From: Bacteroidota bacterium
GTDB lineage: Bacteria > Bacteroidota > Bacteroidia > CAILMK01 > JAAYUY01
NCBI GenBank assembly: GCA_016776505.1
Contig: JADHTG010000012.1
Coordinates: forward strand, 223 to 64,222
Direction of reading: 5' to 3'
DNA: 64,000 nt
The notes under the pieces are model-generated. The model was not told the origin of the DNA. It ran no database searches and saw nothing but the letters and a program-made list of their open reading frames with translations. Below are positions 16,922 through 26,318 of this stretch, piece after piece. Position 1 is the stretch's first letter. Every line of letters begins with the position of its first letter. The position numbers and the translations under genes are program-made.

Positions 16922-17638
16922 TTACTTTTTCTGATCAAGAAATTCCTCCTGGAAATCCTCCCAAACCTCATTGGGTAAATCTGAAAGTATGTGGTCACGC
17001 AATTCTCCCCCATCCTGTAACACGGCCATGGAGGGCTGTGATGAATACTTTCTCATCGGACCACCCATCACAAAATCCTTGAATCTGTCCAATTCCTTTT
17101 TTGACCAATTTGTTGCTTCTTCTGCGAGGTAATAGGAATTTGTTTCAGCAATCCAACTGGATGGCTTGATTTCATAAAGCCAACCCTGATCATATGGATC
17201 TTCGTTTAAGATCTCAGGTGTATCATGCAATAATGAATTCACACTGATGATTTCACCGGATATGGGTGAAAAGATCTTCAGTTTCTTGCCATTTTGGTCA
17301 ATTTCAGTCAACAATTCACCTTTTCGAATTTGTTCACCTGAATTTTTCAGTTTACTGAAATTCACCTTTCCAGTGATATGCTGCAGGAAATCATCCAATC
17401 CTACTTTGGCATTACCGGAAGCTTCCAAAAAGGTCCAGGTATGTGTTTTATTGTAATATAAGCCTTGTGGAATTCTCAGAATACCGGCAGAAAGATTGCC
17501 CAGTAACTTTCGTATTTGCTTCGTTACCTGTTTGCCGGATAATTTCCAGAAAACGATCAGAACTACCAAATAACCAATGACAAACAAATATTCAATGCCT
17601 TTGGTATCGAATATGTCTATTTTGCTAAAACCTTCCAT
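16922..17638 (-). CDS. Membrane-anchored glycine-cleavage H-protein-like (GCV_H fold) protein with C-terminal extension
   Basis: One N-terminal TM helix followed by a K/R-rich stretch. H-protein landmarks are HTWTF, VGLDDFLQ, PISGEI and EDPYDQGW. The lipoyl-Lys column is Gly in QNGK. It overlaps the NrfD-like gene by 22 nt. Confidence 0.7.
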   Translation of the reverse strand: MEGFSKIDIFDTKGIEYLFVIGYLVVLIVFWKLSGKQVTKQIRKLLGNLSAGILRIPQGLYYNKTHTWTFLEASGNAKVGLDDFLQHITGKVNFSKLKNSGEQIRKGELLTEIDQNGKKLKIFSPISGEIISVNSLLHDTPEILNEDPYDQGWLYEIKPSSWIAETNSYYLAEEATNWSKKELDRFKDFVMGGPMRKYSSQPSMAVLQDGGELRDHILSDLPNEVWEDFQEEFLDQKK

Positions 17639-18882
17639 TGTCTTTTCTTTTTAATATTTTTAGTTAAAGATTTAAACTCTACATTGCTGCCAACCCATTC
17701 AGGAGATTCTGTATATACAGGCATTCTTCTGACTATCCATCTGAATACCAGAATCTGTACAAAAATGACAGCCAGACTAACTACTACTTCCATCCAGGTA
17801 GGAAAGTGAATCATGTTTTCCTGCCAATGATAGGCAAATGTGGAGATATTGAGCCTGTTCAGGATGATTCCCACAATCACCATAACAGCTGCTAATCTGA
17901 CGACTAATAAATTGAGATTCCTGTACCCGTATATAAACAAAGCGCATGGAATAACTACAAAACCAATTACTTCAAGCAGGTACCAATAACCCCATGGACT
18001 GCCCAGGTACACATAGTTTTTACCGTGTATAAACACCAAAACAGTCATAGAAAAATAGACAAATAGGGTGACTGCGCAAGTTTTGGCCAGACTTAACATA
18101 ATGTTTTTATGAGAGCTTTTAAACACATATGACATGATGCGTTTAAACACTCTTTGATTAATCGATTCCAGGATAATCACCAATGAAAGTCCGGCAAAAA
18201 TGCTTGAAATAAAGAAGAGAATAGGTATAAACTCAGAATACCAGAGGGGATGGATCTTTGTTTTGGCCATTAAAAAGAGTGCCCCAAGACCCGATTGATG
18301 TAATGTGGAAAGTGCAATTCCAAAAATAACCACCCCTAAAGTGAGTGAAACAAAGAATTTTCTTTGCTTCTTCAAACCGATCCATTCTGTGACTGTTGGA
18401 AAAAATTCAATAAATAAGGATCCCATGTACAAAATAAAATGCCAGGCAACCAGAAATAGTACTGCACTGATGCCAAAAGAGTTTCCTATGATCGGGTTGA
18501 TCACTTTCCATGGACGACCCAGGTCCAGTAAAAGCGCACCTGCATAAAATATATACGATAACAGGGCGTATAATACGGTGGCTCTTACAATGGGTCTGTA
18601 TTTCTCCATGCCCAGTATATATACCATAAAAGTCACTACAAAGGCTCCCCCGGCAAATGCCACCCCTGTGATGACATTAAAATTAATCCACAATCCCCAT
18701 GGAGCATCCTGGGAAGCATGAATGACAGAACCTAATCCTTTTGTAAAACGAATAAAAAGAATAATGGCTGCTGCCGATATGGTCAATGCAGATATGACAT
18801 TGAACGGTGTAAAGATTTTTCCTTTTGGTTTCAATTCATGTAGGATGAATTTAAAAACCCCTGTTTGTTGTTCGCTTTTCAT
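17617..18882 (-). CDS. NrfD/HybB/DsrP-family integral membrane subunit
   Basis: 421 aa with about 10 TM helices, directly downstream of a TAT FeS subunit, as in the hybAB, dsrOP and nrfCD pairs. Confidence 0.8.
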   Translation of the reverse strand: MKSEQQTGVFKFILHELKPKGKIFTPFNVISALTISAAAIILFIRFTKGLGSVIHASQDAPWGLWINFNVITGVAFAGGAFVVTFMVYILGMEKYRPIVRATVLYALLSYIFYAGALLLDLGRPWKVINPIIGNSFGISAVLFLVAWHFILYMGSLFIEFFPTVTEWIGLKKQRKFFVSLTLGVVIFGIALSTLHQSGLGALFLMAKTKIHPLWYSEFIPILFFISSIFAGLSLVIILESINQRVFKRIMSYVFKSSHKNIMLSLAKTCAVTLFVYFSMTVLVFIHGKNYVYLGSPWGYWYLLEVIGFVVIPCALFIYGYRNLNLLVVRLAAVMVIVGIILNRLNISTFAYHWQENMIHFPTWMEVVVSLAVIFVQILVFRWIVRRMPVYTESPEWVGSNVEFKSLTKNIKKKRQWKVLAK

Positions 18883-18883
18883 C

Positions 18884-19753
18884 TTAGTTCATTTTATCTT
18901 TTGCGATTTTATTTTTTCTTTCCATGACGGAATTATTCAGACCCAGCATAAAAGCAGGCCATAAGACCAGTACTGCAGGAACTGAATAAAGGAATGTTTT
19001 GTTGTATTCCGGATAGGCAGTTGTTCCCAGATCCGTTTTCATTCCCAATTCCTCGAAGGGAACAGATGAAAGATATAAAAGACCCGTTCCACCTACTTCA
19101 TGTTCACCATATACCTCGTGGTAATACATATCAGGTTTTGCATAGATTCTTGCTTTTGCTATTTCAAGCAGATCTCTTCTCTTTCCAAATATAATGGCTT
19201 CCTGCGGGCAGGCATCTACACAGGCAGGTATACCACCATCCTTCATGACTTCATAGCACATCCGGCATTTCTGGATTTTTGGATTCGGACTGTCATATTC
19301 AAATTTGGGAACATCAAAAGGACAGGCGATCATGCACGATCTGCAACCCATGCACTTATCTTCCCTCCAAATAACCGGTCCTTCCTCCGTTTTGTACATG
19401 GCTTTGGTTAAGCAGGCAGATGCACAAGCCGGACTGTTGCAGTGATTACAAGAATTACGTATATACTGTTCACCCTTCGAAGTCTCATAACTATTCAGTA
19501 CCACACGCCTCTTCTCATCTGTTTTGCGCACTAATCCCACTTCCGGAAAATCTGTGGAATAAGGTAGCTCATATTGATCTGAGCATGCATATTCACAATT
19601 TTGACAAGCCGTGCAAAGTACTGAATCATATAAAATTCCATAAAATTCTTTGTCGGATTTTTTCCCCTTAGTGGAGCCAAAGCTCTTCCCAAACGTGAGT
19701 GTAGCTCCCGTAGCCCCCAGGGTTTTTAAAAAATTTCTTCTATTAATTCCCAT
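18884..19753 (-). CDS. TAT-exported four-cluster 4Fe-4S ferredoxin subunit with C-terminal anchor (HybA/DsrO-like)
   Basis: Twin-arginine signal NRRNFLKTLG. Four Cys groups (CTACQNCEYAC, CNHCNSPACASAC, CMGCRSCMIACP, CRMC...CVDACP). C-terminal TM helix. Confidence 0.88.
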   Translation of the reverse strand: MGINRRNFLKTLGATGATLTFGKSFGSTKGKKSDKEFYGILYDSVLCTACQNCEYACSDQYELPYSTDFPEVGLVRKTDEKRRVVLNSYETSKGEQYIRNSCNHCNSPACASACLTKAMYKTEEGPVIWREDKCMGCRSCMIACPFDVPKFEYDSPNPKIQKCRMCYEVMKDGGIPACVDACPQEAIIFGKRRDLLEIAKARIYAKPDMYYHEVYGEHEVGGTGLLYLSSVPFEELGMKTDLGTTAYPEYNKTFLYSVPAVLVLWPAFMLGLNNSVMERKNKIAKDKMN

Positions 19754-19892
19754 TATTTTTTATTTAGGTTTTTAGAAAAGTTCCTTGTTTGTAAGATAAA
19801 TTGTAATTCAAATGACTGTTTTCAGAGAACATCATTCTTATTGGTTTTTTGAAATTGCTGTTTTTTTTGTAGGATTCGGACTTAAATACTGC

Positions 19893-19906
19893 ATGAAGTA
19901 TGTCAT
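19893..19906. promoter_or_regulatory. Inverted repeat ATGAA-GTAT-GTCAT (weaker member of the ATGAY-N4-RTCAT set)
   Basis: atgaagtatgtcat lies in the 175-bp gap upstream of the HybA-like gene. Confidence 0.3.
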
Positions 19907-19928
19907 TTTAAAATGAGTACCATTTGAT

Positions 19929-21614
19929 TTAATTTTCCATTATTTGCGAATTGTCAATAAAAAAAGTCTGAAAATCTTCCCATATTTCAGGGCCCATTTT
20001 TTCCAGGATACTGTCTTTCAGCTCTCCTCCATCCTGAAGTACTACAAGAGCATAGTCCCTGGAATCCGGATTCAAGGTTTCTGTAAGAAAATCCCTCAGT
20101 CTTGAAAACTCCTTACTAAGCCATACTTTATATTTTTCAGCCATTATTAAAAACTGCATTTCTCTTATCCAGTTGGTGGGCTCAATTCTATAAACCCAAC
20201 CATCAGAATAAGGATCTTCATTGATGATGGATGAATTCTTCAGGAGTAAATCATTTTGTGCTTTAATAACTCCAGAAATAGGCGCATAAATGTTCAATTG
20301 TTTGCCATTTTGTATAATGGAAAGAATGTGTTCTCCTTTCTTTACCTTATCACCGGTGTTCTTCATTTTAACACGGGTTATAGCACCTGTGACATGCTGA
20401 AGGAAATCATCAATACCTATTTTGACTTTTCCATCTTTTTCCATGTATACCCAGGTATGTGTTTTATCATAAAGAAGTCCTTTTGGAATGGTCAAAGAGT
20501 TCAAATTGAATACAGCTGATAAAATGGATTTTGTTTCAACTACTGTCACTTTCTTATACTTTATCAGCTGGAATACAACAAGCATTATTAAAATTAAGCC
20601 AAAACTTACTGCAACTGTGATGATTAAGTTTTTTGTGTTGGTCAGAACATAGTTTTCATTCAAAGTGGCTAAATTCATGTCATTATAAATTAATTCGATA
20701 TTTGCAAGTCTTTCACTTACCATAAGATCCCAATATCCGGCTGCTGCCAGCAACTGCTGCCCATCACTTAGAATCCATTTTAAGAAGGCCACTTCAATTT
20801 CATTGGTAGGTTTCTTAGCCGAGATAGAATAAATATTTCGGTATAAATTTTTTGGATATTTTCCAATCCATACTCCTCGGGTTAGTGTATTTAGGTCATC
20901 ATAAATTTGTTCTGTATAATCCAGTTGACCATTTCCGTTCCGGTCGATAGGCAGTAATTTAATATGATCCACTATCCTCTGACCGGGCAGATCGATAATA
21001 TCCGCCATTTTACAAAAACCAATTGCGTAGGGATCTTTTTGAATAGCAGAAAGCAAGTCCTTTTCATTTTCAAGCTGTATTCCATTAAGGACCACATTCT
21101 GACTTAATCCCAGGAAACTGGCAATTCTGGACTGAACAGCCTCATCATTGATCAGGTAGTAATGAATGGGTGCATTAAAATCCCCATTCAACAGGGCATT
21201 CCAAAATTCACCCTCCTTATTAGTGAATATTTGAGCAATGCTTTGAGCAGAAAGACCTTTTTTATTAATTTCATCCAGCAGTGGATTTTCAGAGTTTATA
21301 ATAGGTACAAGAATATCTCTTCCAAGCTCCATTTTCCATAAGGGATCTGTAGAGGGATCGACATAATATTCATCAGAACTAAAGAATAAATTTTTCTTGA
21401 GAGATACATCCTCCTGGCTTAGTTCGATTTTCACATTGGGATTTAAGCGGCAGAATTCATTTGCCCATGTGGATGTAAGCTGATATAATTCCGAACTGCT
21501 ATAAATATGTATGGAACCTTTAAGAGGAGGCCGGGTTTTAATTTCATTAATACTGTGTAGAAAACTACAATTTAACAGAAGTAATCCGATAAGAGGCAGG
21601 ATCTTAATTTTCAT
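19929..21614 (-). CDS. Fusion protein: periplasmic PstS-like substrate-binding domain, TM helix, GCV_H-like domain
   Basis: Signal peptide. PBP-like 2 landmarks (GSIHIYSSSELYQLTSTWANEF, DILVPIINSENP..LSAQSIAQIF, YAIGFCKM). TM helix LIITVAVSFGLILIMLVVFQLI followed by KYKK. The H-protein-like domain (HTWVY, IGIDDFLQ, QNGK, PISGVI, EDPYSDGW) carries the same C-terminal extension as 16922..17638. I prefer the ATG at 21614 over the GTG at 21620. Confidence 0.7.
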   Translation of the reverse strand: MKIKILPLIGLLLLNCSFLHSINEIKTRPPLKGSIHIYSSSELYQLTSTWANEFCRLNPNVKIELSQEDVSLKKNLFFSSDEYYVDPSTDPLWKMELGRDILVPIINSENPLLDEINKKGLSAQSIAQIFTNKEGEFWNALLNGDFNAPIHYYLINDEAVQSRIASFLGLSQNVVLNGIQLENEKDLLSAIQKDPYAIGFCKMADIIDLPGQRIVDHIKLLPIDRNGNGQLDYTEQIYDDLNTLTRGVWIGKYPKNLYRNIYSISAKKPTNEIEVAFLKWILSDGQQLLAAAGYWDLMVSERLANIELIYNDMNLATLNENYVLTNTKNLIITVAVSFGLILIMLVVFQLIKYKKVTVVETKSILSAVFNLNSLTIPKGLLYDKTHTWVYMEKDGKVKIGIDDFLQHVTGAITRVKMKNTGDKVKKGEHILSIIQNGKQLNIYAPISGVIKAQNDLLLKNSSIINEDPYSDGWVYRIEPTNWIREMQFLIMAEKYKVWLSKEFSRLRDFLTETLNPDSRDYALVVLQDGGELKDSILEKMGPEIWEDFQTFFIDNSQIMEN

Positions 21615-21669
21615 AATCACTAAATTTATCTTGTTAATTAAATTTTTCAGCTTTGATCAATTTTTGGAT

Positions 21670-21686
21670 TTCAACTAAGGTGCCAA
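21670..21686 (-). promoter_or_regulatory. Candidate sigma-54 (-24/-12) promoter
   Basis: The minus strand reads TTGGCAC-CTTAG-TTGAA against the consensus TGGCAC-N5-TTGCW. The -24 element is perfect and the -12 has GA instead of GC. It lies about 57 nt upstream of the ATG at 21614. Confidence 0.55.
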
Positions 21687-21762
21687 AGCAAAATAACAAC
21701 TGCAACCACTTGATTTTCTTTGTTTTACAAATACACTTGTATAAAAAATAAACAGGACGGAG

Positions 21763-21779
21763 TGTTGAATATTTAAACA
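21763..21779. promoter_or_regulatory. Candidate enhancer (UAS) site TGTTGAA-TAT-TTAAACA
   Basis: Imperfect inverted repeat about 110 bp upstream of the predicted sigma-54 start. It has the same half-site and spacing as 21852..21868. Confidence 0.4.
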
Positions 21780-21842
21780 GCCCATCCCAATTGAGAGCCT
21801 AAAGCATTGATATACAGCAGCCTTGCAACGACTGTATAATTA

Positions 21843-21868
21843 TTCAACAGCTGTTGAAATATTCAGCA
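21843..21868. promoter_or_regulatory. Candidate enhancer (UAS) cluster: perfect palindrome TTCAACAGCTGTTGAA overlapping TGTTGAA-ATA-TTCAGCA
   Basis: ttcaacagctgttgaa (21843..21858) is a perfect 16-bp palindrome. The TGTTGAA half-site is reused by a second inverted repeat ending at 21868. Confidence 0.45.
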
Positions 21869-22141
21869 TATTCGAATTTAAGCACAAAACAAAGGAGAAT
21901 GAATGATCTTAAATCATTGATTATCTATATTTTACAGAGGCTTGGATTTTCTGCTAATAATCATGAATTTTGATGAAAACAAGATTTTACCGACCGGAAT
22001 TAATATAAAGAGAATCCATTTTCCACAAAAATATTTTTGAGACCTGGTCAGATTTTTGGTTGAATTGTTAAGGGAATTAATGCGAAAAAAGAGGCTTATC
22101 TGAATGTCAAACAAGCTCCTTCCAATTGTAGATTTTATATC

Positions 22142-22714
22142 TTAAACGATGCCGGAAAATCCCATGAAAGCCAAAGCTAAAATACCTGCCACGATGAATG
22201 AAATGGGAACTCCCCGCATGCCTTTTGGAACTTCCATCAGGTCAAGATGTTCACGAATACCGGCAAAAATGATCAGTGCCAGGCCAAAACCAATGGCATT
22301 TGCAATTGCATAAACAACTCCTCCAACCAGGCTGTAATTCCCGTTGATAGTTAAAATAGCTACACCTAAAACAGCGCAATTTGTCGTGATCAGGGGCAGG
22401 AAAATTCCCAGTGCCTGGAATAATGTAGGACTGAGCTTTTTCAAAATGATCTCCACCATTTGAACCAAAGCAGCAATTACCAGGATAAAGCTGATCGTCT
22501 GAAGGAATTCAAGTCCATAAGGTTGCAATACATAATACCTAATCATATAGGTGACCAAAGTAGCCAGTGTCATCACAAACAATACTGCGCCACCCATGCC
22601 TACGGCTGTGTCAATTTTCTTGGAAACGCCAATAAACGGACATATTCCAAGAAATTGGGCAAGGACAATGTTGTTCACGAATACAGCCAGAATGATAATT
22701 GTTAAAATTTCCAT
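22142..22714 (-). CDS. rnfA: Rnf complex subunit A
   Basis: 190 aa, 6 TM, N-terminus ..[21 protein letters not shown] typical of RnfA/NqrE-type subunits. Last gene of the rnfBCDGEA order. Confidence 0.93.
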   Translation of the reverse strand: MEILTIIILAVFVNNIVLAQFLGICPFIGVSKKIDTAVGMGGAVLFVMTLATLVTYMIRYYVLQPYGLEFLQTISFILVIAALVQMVEIILKKLSPTLFQALGIFLPLITTNCAVLGVAILTINGNYSLVGGVVYAIANAIGFGLALIIFAGIREHLDLMEVPKGMRGVPISFIVAGILALAFMGFSGIV

Positions 22715-22719
22715 CAGAC

Positions 22720-23325
22720 TTATGATTTAGATATTCTGTTCATGATGCTTATTAAATATCCGAGCCCTATAAAAGCACCTGGCGCCAGTACAAAAACCAG
22801 CATGGTGACAGGACTCCCGCCCTCATCTATTGGATATATCGGCACGCTTAAACCAAAGAATGCACCTGATCCAAGGATCTCCCTTACGGCCCCCAGCAGT
22901 GTTAAAGCAAATGTGAATCCTATTCCCATGCCTAATCCATCAATAATTGAATTAAAAACCGTGTTCTTGGATGCAAAAGCTTCTGCCCTTCCCAAAACAA
23001 CACAATTGACCACAATTAATGGAATAAATAAACCCAGTTGTTCATGCAGGGCCGGAACATAGGCATTCATAACCAAATCTACAATTGTCACAAAGGAGGC
23101 TATGATCACTATAAAAGAAGGGATCCTTACTTTATTTGGTATTTGGTTTTTGATAATGGAAACAACTAAATTCGACATGATCAGCACGAAAGCAGTTGCC
23201 AATCCCATTCCCAAACCGTTGATTGCTGATGTAGTAACACCTAAAGTAGGACATAAACCCAGCAACAATATAAATACCGGGTTTTCTTTAATAAATCCTT
23301 TTGACAATGTTTCCTTTATACTCAT
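22720..23325 (-). CDS. rnfE: Rnf complex subunit E
   Basis: [18 protein letters not shown] motif, 6 TM, about 200 aa. Confidence 0.93.
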   Translation of the reverse strand: MSIKETLSKGFIKENPVFILLLGLCPTLGVTTSAINGLGMGLATAFVLIMSNLVVSIIKNQIPNKVRIPSFIVIIASFVTIVDLVMNAYVPALHEQLGLFIPLIVVNCVVLGRAEAFASKNTVFNSIIDGLGMGIGFTFALTLLGAVREILGSGAFFGLSVPIYPIDEGGSPVTMLVFVLAPGAFIGLGYLISIMNRISKS

Positions 23326-23939
23326 AATTCTTTCCCTCCCTCTATGCTTAATGCCTCAAAGGCCCTGTTTACGGCATCACAAAAAGCCCTTGAACTGATG
23401 GTAGCAGCTGTGATGGCATCCACATCTCCTCCATCTTTTTCAACACGAATGATAAAATCCCTGGGATCTTTGCCCTTGAATTGCAATGGGAATTTAGATT
23501 TTGATTCATCCATTTTGTCTCCTAAACCCGGAGTTTCAAAATGCTCCACGACAGCTGTATTATAAATTTTTCCTGTTGCATCAATGCCTAGCATGATCCA
23601 GAACTTACCGCTATAGCCCATATTTGTGTAAGACTTTACTGCTGTCCCGATAAATTCTTCTTCATTGAATGCCTTATAGAGTATAATGGTATCAGCTACC
23701 GGATCTCTTTTATAAATACTTTGAACCAGCTCTCCTTCTTCTACGAAAGTGCTTTTTTCAAGTCTGTCAAACTCCGGCAATACTTTTCTGATCGCATCTG
23801 TTACTTTTCTTTCTTTGGCTTCTTTTATTTTGTCTTTGGTGAGATTATAAATACTTCCCAAAGAAAAGGCAGCAACAACCGTCACAATAAACAATGTCAT
23901 GGTCATTGTTAAAAACGTTGATTCTTTTTTACTTGCCAT
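23322..23939 (-). CDS. rnfG: Rnf complex subunit G (FMN-binding)
   Basis: N-terminal anchor and covalent-FMN motif context [13 protein letters not shown] 4-nt overlap with rnfE. Confidence 0.9.
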   Translation of the reverse strand: MASKKESTFLTMTMTLFIVTVVAAFSLGSIYNLTKDKIKEAKERKVTDAIRKVLPEFDRLEKSTFVEEGELVQSIYKRDPVADTIILYKAFNEEEFIGTAVKSYTNMGYSGKFWIMLGIDATGKIYNTAVVEHFETPGLGDKMDESKSKFPLQFKGKDPRDFIIRVEKDGGDVDAITAATISSRAFCDAVNRAFEALSIEGGKEL

Positions 23940-23965
23940 CTGGTTTGAATAAAATAATTATCAAA

Positions 23966-24970
23966 TTAAATGTTTATCTTTTCTCCAAAGCGTACAGGTT
24001 TAAATCCCCGATTGATCAATGGTACAAAAGCGTTCATTATTAATATGGCAAATGACACACCCTCCGGATAGGCTCCAAATACCCTGATCAAAATGGTCAG
24101 GACGCCACAACCCAATCCAAATATAATCTGGCCTTTCCCTGCCATGGGAGAAGTGACCATATCCGTTGCCATAAAGAAAACGCCAAGCATCAGTCCCCCG
24201 GTTATTAAATGAAATAAAGGATCTACATATTGTTCTGGATTAATGAGCCACAATATGCCTGAAAAAATGATCACCGAAGCAATATATGATACTGGAATAT
24301 GCCAGCTTATGATTTTCCTGAACAGCATAAACAGGGCTCCAAGAAATAATGCAATTGCAGATACTTCTCCCAATGAGCCTCCCATATTCCCCATCAACAA
24401 GTCCATATATTCCGGAATTTGTGTTTTAAGAGCCGTTACTGTTTCGCCATTTGCCAAACCTTCCTTCATGATAGCCAATGGAGTAGGTCCTGTACTCGCA
24501 TCAACAAGTTTTCCGCTAAACAGGGGGTTTACTACCGGCCAGGAAGTCATTTGAACCGGAAAAGAAATAAGCAAAAACACACGACCTACGAGTGCAGGAT
24601 TAAATGGATTTTTACCCAATCCGCCAAAAGACATTTTCCCCATACCAATGGCAACCAGACTACCAATAATCACTATCCACCAGGGCAAATCGGATGGGAC
24701 ATTAAACGCAATCAGTATTCCTGTGATGATAGCAGAGCCGTCCCCAATGGTGGTCATGCCTTTGATGAGGTATTTTTGAATGAGGAATTCAAATAAAACA
24801 CAAGCAGCAACTGCAATGAGCGTTACCCTCAGAGCTTCCAGTCCAAAGAAATAAATGGAAACCAGTAAAGCAGGGATCATCGCATAAATAACACCCCACA
24901 TAATTTTGGGCACATTTTGATTGCCGTGCATGTGAGGAGAGGGGGAAACAGTTAATATATTACCACTCAT
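23966..24970 (-). CDS. rnfD: Rnf complex subunit D
   Basis: Polytopic membrane protein. N-terminal SPSPH motif and FFMATDMVTSP are typical of RnfD/NqrB. Confidence 0.93.
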   Translation of the reverse strand: MSGNILTVSPSPHMHGNQNVPKIMWGVIYAMIPALLVSIYFFGLEALRVTLIAVAACVLFEFLIQKYLIKGMTTIGDGSAIITGILIAFNVPSDLPWWIVIIGSLVAIGMGKMSFGGLGKNPFNPALVGRVFLLISFPVQMTSWPVVNPLFSGKLVDASTGPTPLAIMKEGLANGETVTALKTQIPEYMDLLMGNMGGSLGEVSAIALFLGALFMLFRKIISWHIPVSYIASVIIFSGILWLINPEQYVDPLFHLITGGLMLGVFFMATDMVTSPMAGKGQIIFGLGCGVLTILIRVFGAYPEGVSFAILIMNAFVPLINRGFKPVRFGEKINI

Positions 24971-26307
24971 TAGTTTTGTCTTGATCTCATTAATTTTCCA
25001 ACCTGTGTTTTACCTAAACGAATATAATCCAGCAATGGTCTGTAAGATGGACATGTATACATACATGAACCACATTCAATACAATCCATGATCCTGTTTT
25101 TTTCACACCCACTATAGTCTTCATATTTCGCCAGTTGGGCAAGATAAAAAGGTTCGAGTCCCATGGGACAAACAGCAGTGCATTTTCCACATCGGATGCA
25201 ATTCACAGCGCGTGATCTTTTTGCTTCTTTGGCATTCATAATCAGTATCCCGGATGTTCCTTTTACTACGGGCACTTCTAAAGAATTAAGTGCTTTGCCC
25301 ATCATGGGACCACCGCTGATTACTTTACCCGTATCCTCTGGTAATCCACCTACTTTTTCAATCAATTGGGAAATGGGAGTACCTATTCTAACCTGGAAAT
25401 TTGCAGATTCCATTAATGATTTTCCTGCCACCGTTACAATTCTTTCAATCAGGGGTTTGTTTTTCTGAACAGCTTCGTAGACGGCAAAGGCAGTTCCCAC
25501 ATTGTTTACTACAGCACCTACTTCAATGGGCAGTTTTCCACTGGGAACTTCCCTGTTGATGCATGCCTTGATTAATTGTTTTTCACCTCCCTGGGGATAT
25601 TGTACCTTAAGGGCTTGTATGCTAATGCCGGGATAATCTGCAATTAGACTTGCTAAATGGTCAATTGCATCCATTTTATTGTTTTCAATGCCAATAATGG
25701 CCCTGTCAACACCTAATCCTTTCATTAATATTTGACACCCAACAAGCAACTCCTCCCCTCTTTCCAGCATTAAACGATGGTCAGAAGTGAGGTAGGGTTC
25801 ACACTCCACCCCATTGATCAGTAAAACTTCAGCCACTTTTCCCTTAGGAACCATCAGCTTTACATGAGAAGGAAAGGTAGCACCTCCCAGGCCCACTATG
25901 CCCGATGATTTGATCTTTTCGATGATATCAGATTGTGTCAGCTCTCTTATATTCCTGTTTAGTTCAGTGGATCTGTCGATACCATCTGTCCAATCATCTC
26001 CTTCCACCTCAATAAGAACCGCATTTCTGCGATAGCCGGAACTATCCGGCACTCCATCCACTTTAAGCACTTTTCCTGAAACGGAGGAATGAACCTGGGC
26101 AGAAATGAAAGCCTCACCCTTGCCAATCAACTGGCCGACTTGAACCTGATCTCCTCTCTTTACGATGGGGATGGAAGGTACACCAAGGACCTGGCCAAGA
26201 GGAATTGAAACCTGGGTAGGAATGGGCATCAGCTCAATTGCTTTTCCAGCTGAAATCTTATGTTCCGGTGGATGAATACCTCCTAATTTGAATGTTTTTA
26301 ATGTCAC
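24970..26307 (-). CDS. rnfC: Rnf complex subunit C
   Basis: SGIVGLGGATFPSHVK motif and two ferredoxin motifs, CIRCGKCTAVCP and CIECGSCMYTCP. Confidence 0.95.
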   Translation of the reverse strand: MTLKTFKLGGIHPPEHKISAGKAIELMPIPTQVSIPLGQVLGVPSIPIVKRGDQVQVGQLIGKGEAFISAQVHSSVSGKVLKVDGVPDSSGYRRNAVLIEVEGDDWTDGIDRSTELNRNIRELTQSDIIEKIKSSGIVGLGGATFPSHVKLMVPKGKVAEVLLINGVECEPYLTSDHRLMLERGEELLVGCQILMKGLGVDRAIIGIENNKMDAIDHLASLIADYPGISIQALKVQYPQGGEKQLIKACINREVPSGKLPIEVGAVVNNVGTAFAVYEAVQKNKPLIERIVTVAGKSLMESANFQVRIGTPISQLIEKVGGLPEDTGKVISGGPMMGKALNSLEVPVVKGTSGILIMNAKEAKRSRAVNCIRCGKCTAVCPMGLEPFYLAQLAKYEDYSGCEKNRIMDCIECGSCMYTCPSYRPLLDYIRLGKTQVGKLMRSRQN

Positions 26308-26318
26308 TTTATTTCTAA

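Noticed and set aside
21902-21918. Palindrome AATGAT-CTTAA-ATCATT
   Set aside because: It has the same arms as the ATGAY-N4-ATCAT set but a 5-bp spacer. I did not count it as a member, although it might be a variant site.
21932-22114. 60-aa minus-strand ORF between rnfA and the sigma-54 promoter region
   Set aside because: Low-complexity, hydrophobic and basic composition typical of AT-rich intergenic DNA. No supporting signals.
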